Assembly (NCBI GenBank): GCA_038087875.1
Contig: CM075999.1
Location: 62,001-126,000 of the forward strand
Source: Malacoraja senta
Lineage: Eukaryota
Direction: 5' to 3'
Length of the DNA: 64,000 nucleotides
Notes under the pieces: generated by a model
What the model saw: the letters and a program-made list of their open reading frames with translations, nothing else
What the model was told of the DNA's origin: nothing
The model's database searches: none
Shown here: piece after piece, positions 61,772 to 64,000 of the stretch
Layout of the letters: every line of letters begins with the position of its first letter
How positions within the stretch are numbered: position 1 is the stretch's first letter
Translations under genes and position numbers: made by a program

Positions 61772-62485
61772 GCAGCACAGTGGTGCAGCTGGTAGAGCTG
61801 ATGCTCCCATCGCCAGAGACCCAGGGTCAACCCTGACCTCGGGTGCTGTCCGTGTGGAGTTTTGCACGTTCTCCCCATGACTGAGTGGGTTTCCTCCAGA
61901 TGCTCCAGTTTCCTCAGGTTTTTCCCCCACATCTCAAAAATGTGCGGGTTTGTAGATGAGTTGTCCCCTGCAAATTGCCCCTGATATGTAGGGAGTGGAT
62001 GAGAAAGTTGGATAACATAGAATTATCGGCCCAAAACGTTACCTATTTCCTTCGCTCCATAGATGCTGCTGCACCCGCTGAGTTTCTCCAGCATTTTTGT
62101 GTACCTTCGATTTTCCAGCATCTGCAGTTCCTTCTTTAACACTTTGTCTACTCCACTGCGAAATCTCGTCAAGGTATGCCTACTTTGAAGAAGTTCTCCT
62201 CCTCTCTCCGGAGACTGTTCCACAACCAACTCTCTAACTGCCCCATCTCTGTGATCCCCCCTGCCCTCCAACTCTATGACCACATCCTTACCCAAAATAA
62301 ACTCTTCTCCCCACCCTCTATCAGTCTGAAGAAGGGTTTCGGCCCGAAACGTTACCTATTTCCTTCGCTCCATAGATGCTGCTGCACCCGCTGAGTTTCT
62401 CCAGCATTTTTGTGTACCTTAGAATTAGAGTGAATGGGTGATCAATGGTCAGGATGGACAGTGGGCAAAGGGCCTGTTTTCATAC
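61772..62485 (+). mobile_element. V-SINE split by a mini-PLE insertion
   Basis: SINE at 61772-62025 resumes at 62428. Confidence 0.8.
62026..62419 (+). mobile_element. mini Penelope-like element with 81-bp terminal direct repeats and 8-bp TSD
   Basis: 62026-62106 matches 62339-62419 (one mismatch, period 313); TSD tagaatta at 62018-62025 and 62420-62427; hammerhead-like core at 62325-62354. Confidence 0.8.
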
Positions 62486-62964
62486 TATACTTCCAATCTA
62501 CGCAAACAACCCACCACTTCCCTTCCCTTCCCTCCCCCCTTCTCCCCTGTGCTCCATATGGATTTGCATCCATTTCTTCAATTTCCCTCCCCAGTCCCCT
62601 TCCACCTGTATTCCACCTGGTTTCACAATTTCCATCATCTAACTTTATCTCACACCTTTTGTCTTTTCATCTCTGTCCTTCACCCAACCATCTGCCAGAT
62701 AAACCCCCCTTCACCAGTATCCGTCTATCACTTGCCAGGCTTGGTCCCACCCCCACCACTCTTCCAGCTTTCTCCCCCTCTACTACAATCAGTCTGAAGA
62801 GTCCCAACCTGAAACGTTGCTTTTCCATGTTCTCCAGAGCTGCTGTCTGCCCCCCCCCCCCCGAGTTACTGCAGCACTTGGTGTCCTTTCAAGTGAGAAT
62901 TGGAATTGTCAGCAATCACAAAGGAGAGGTTAGAGGGTGTGAGCAGTTCTTTTTATACGGTGAA

Positions 62965-63655
62965 TAAAGTAAGCATGCAGGTACAGCAGTCAGTGAAGAA
63001 AGCTAATGGCATGTTGGCCTTCATAGCGAGAGGATTTGAGTATAGGACCAAGGAGGTCCTACTGCAGTTGTACACGCTCCTGATGAGACCACACCTGGAG
63101 TATTATGTGCAGTTTTGGTCTCCTAATTTGAGGAACGACATTCTTGCTATTGAGGGAGTGCAGCGTAGGTTCACCAGGTTAATTCCCGGGATGGCGGGAC
63201 TGACATATGATGAAAGAATGGGTTGACTGGGCTTGTATTCACTGGAATTTAGAAGGATGAGAGGCGATCTTATAGAAACATGAAATTCTTCAGGGATTGG
63301 ACAGGCTAGATGCAGGAAAAATGTTCCTCATGTTGGGGGAGTCAAGAACTCAGTTTAAGAATAAAGAATAAGGGCTAGGCTGTTTAGGGCTGAGATGAGG
63401 AAGAACGTTTTCAGCAGAGAGTTGTGAATCTGTGGAATTCTCTGCCACAGAAGGCAGTGGAAGCCAATTCACTGGATTATTCGAGAGAGAGTTAGATATG
63501 GCTCTTAGGGCTAACGCAATCAGGGGATATGGGGAAAAAGCAGGAACAGGATACTGATTCTGGATGATTAGCCATGATCATATTGAATGGCGGTGCTGGC
63601 TCGAAGGGCTGAATGGCCTACTCCTGCACCTATTTTCTATGTTTCTACGTTTCTA
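62965..63655 (+). mobile_element. CR1-like LINE 3' part
   Basis: KKANGMLAFIARG...LMRPHLEYYVQFWSP...VQRRFTRLIPG; (TTTCTATG)-type tail. Confidence 0.92.
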
Positions 63656-64000
63656 CAAGCGGATTGGTACATCGGGCAAAGTGGTCAGATAGCCAGCAAT
63701 TGTTTTCTGCATTGTAGAGGGAAGCAGACTGAGCAACACATACAATGATGGTAATGCAAGTGTCGTTGGACCACATGTACCATCTACTACTGTTGCATGG
63801 GTAAGTAACTGGAACACCAGCCAGATGTGGGATTGATAGTGTTGTGAGTAAGGGTATCCTGGAGGGAGAGATGCATAGTGTGGTTCATGATGGAAAGGGT
63901 GGATTCGAAAAAAATGTCCGCTTCACAGGAATACTGAGCATCAGACGGATACAGATATTAATATGTTTGCAAACCAGGAGCAGATAATGCCTAGCTTCTG

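Noticed and set aside
1..64000. Host protein-coding genes among the listed ORFs
   Set aside because: All recognisable ORFs are TE-derived. The rest are antisense or shifted frames of TEs, SINE translations or low-complexity sequence. Small exons cannot be excluded by eye.

Overview
Repeat-dense eukaryotic (vertebrate) genomic DNA with two 200-N scaffold gaps and no recognisable host protein-coding exon. The repeat content (V-SINE/HE1-like SINEs, CR1/HER1-like LINEs, Rex1/Babar, Penelope-like elements) suggests a cartilaginous fish, probably a skate or ray (inference). Larger elements: a full-span but decayed DIRS1-like tyrosine-recombinase retrotransposon with intact ITR/ICR architecture (22957-27745); a 5'-inverted RTE LINE; an intact-RT Rex1 fragment; a degenerate Mag-like Gypsy element; two long CR1 copies; PIF/Harbinger MITEs; foldback elements; and a four-level nest (CR1 < solo LTR < RTEX-like LINE < TAG...CTA DNA element). 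Most notable: two ~142-bp TSD-flanked SINE-like elements (27810-27951, 30021-30163, minus strand) whose first 54 nt fold by eye into a complete minimal HDV/CPEB3-type self-cleaving ribozyme, with the element 5' end exactly at the predicted cleavage site. Also about 15 minimal hammerhead-like motifs in Penelope-derived repeats, one inside a TSD-flanked 1.26-mer mini-element. Family assignments come from remembered motifs, not database searches. Boundaries of decayed fragments are approximate.
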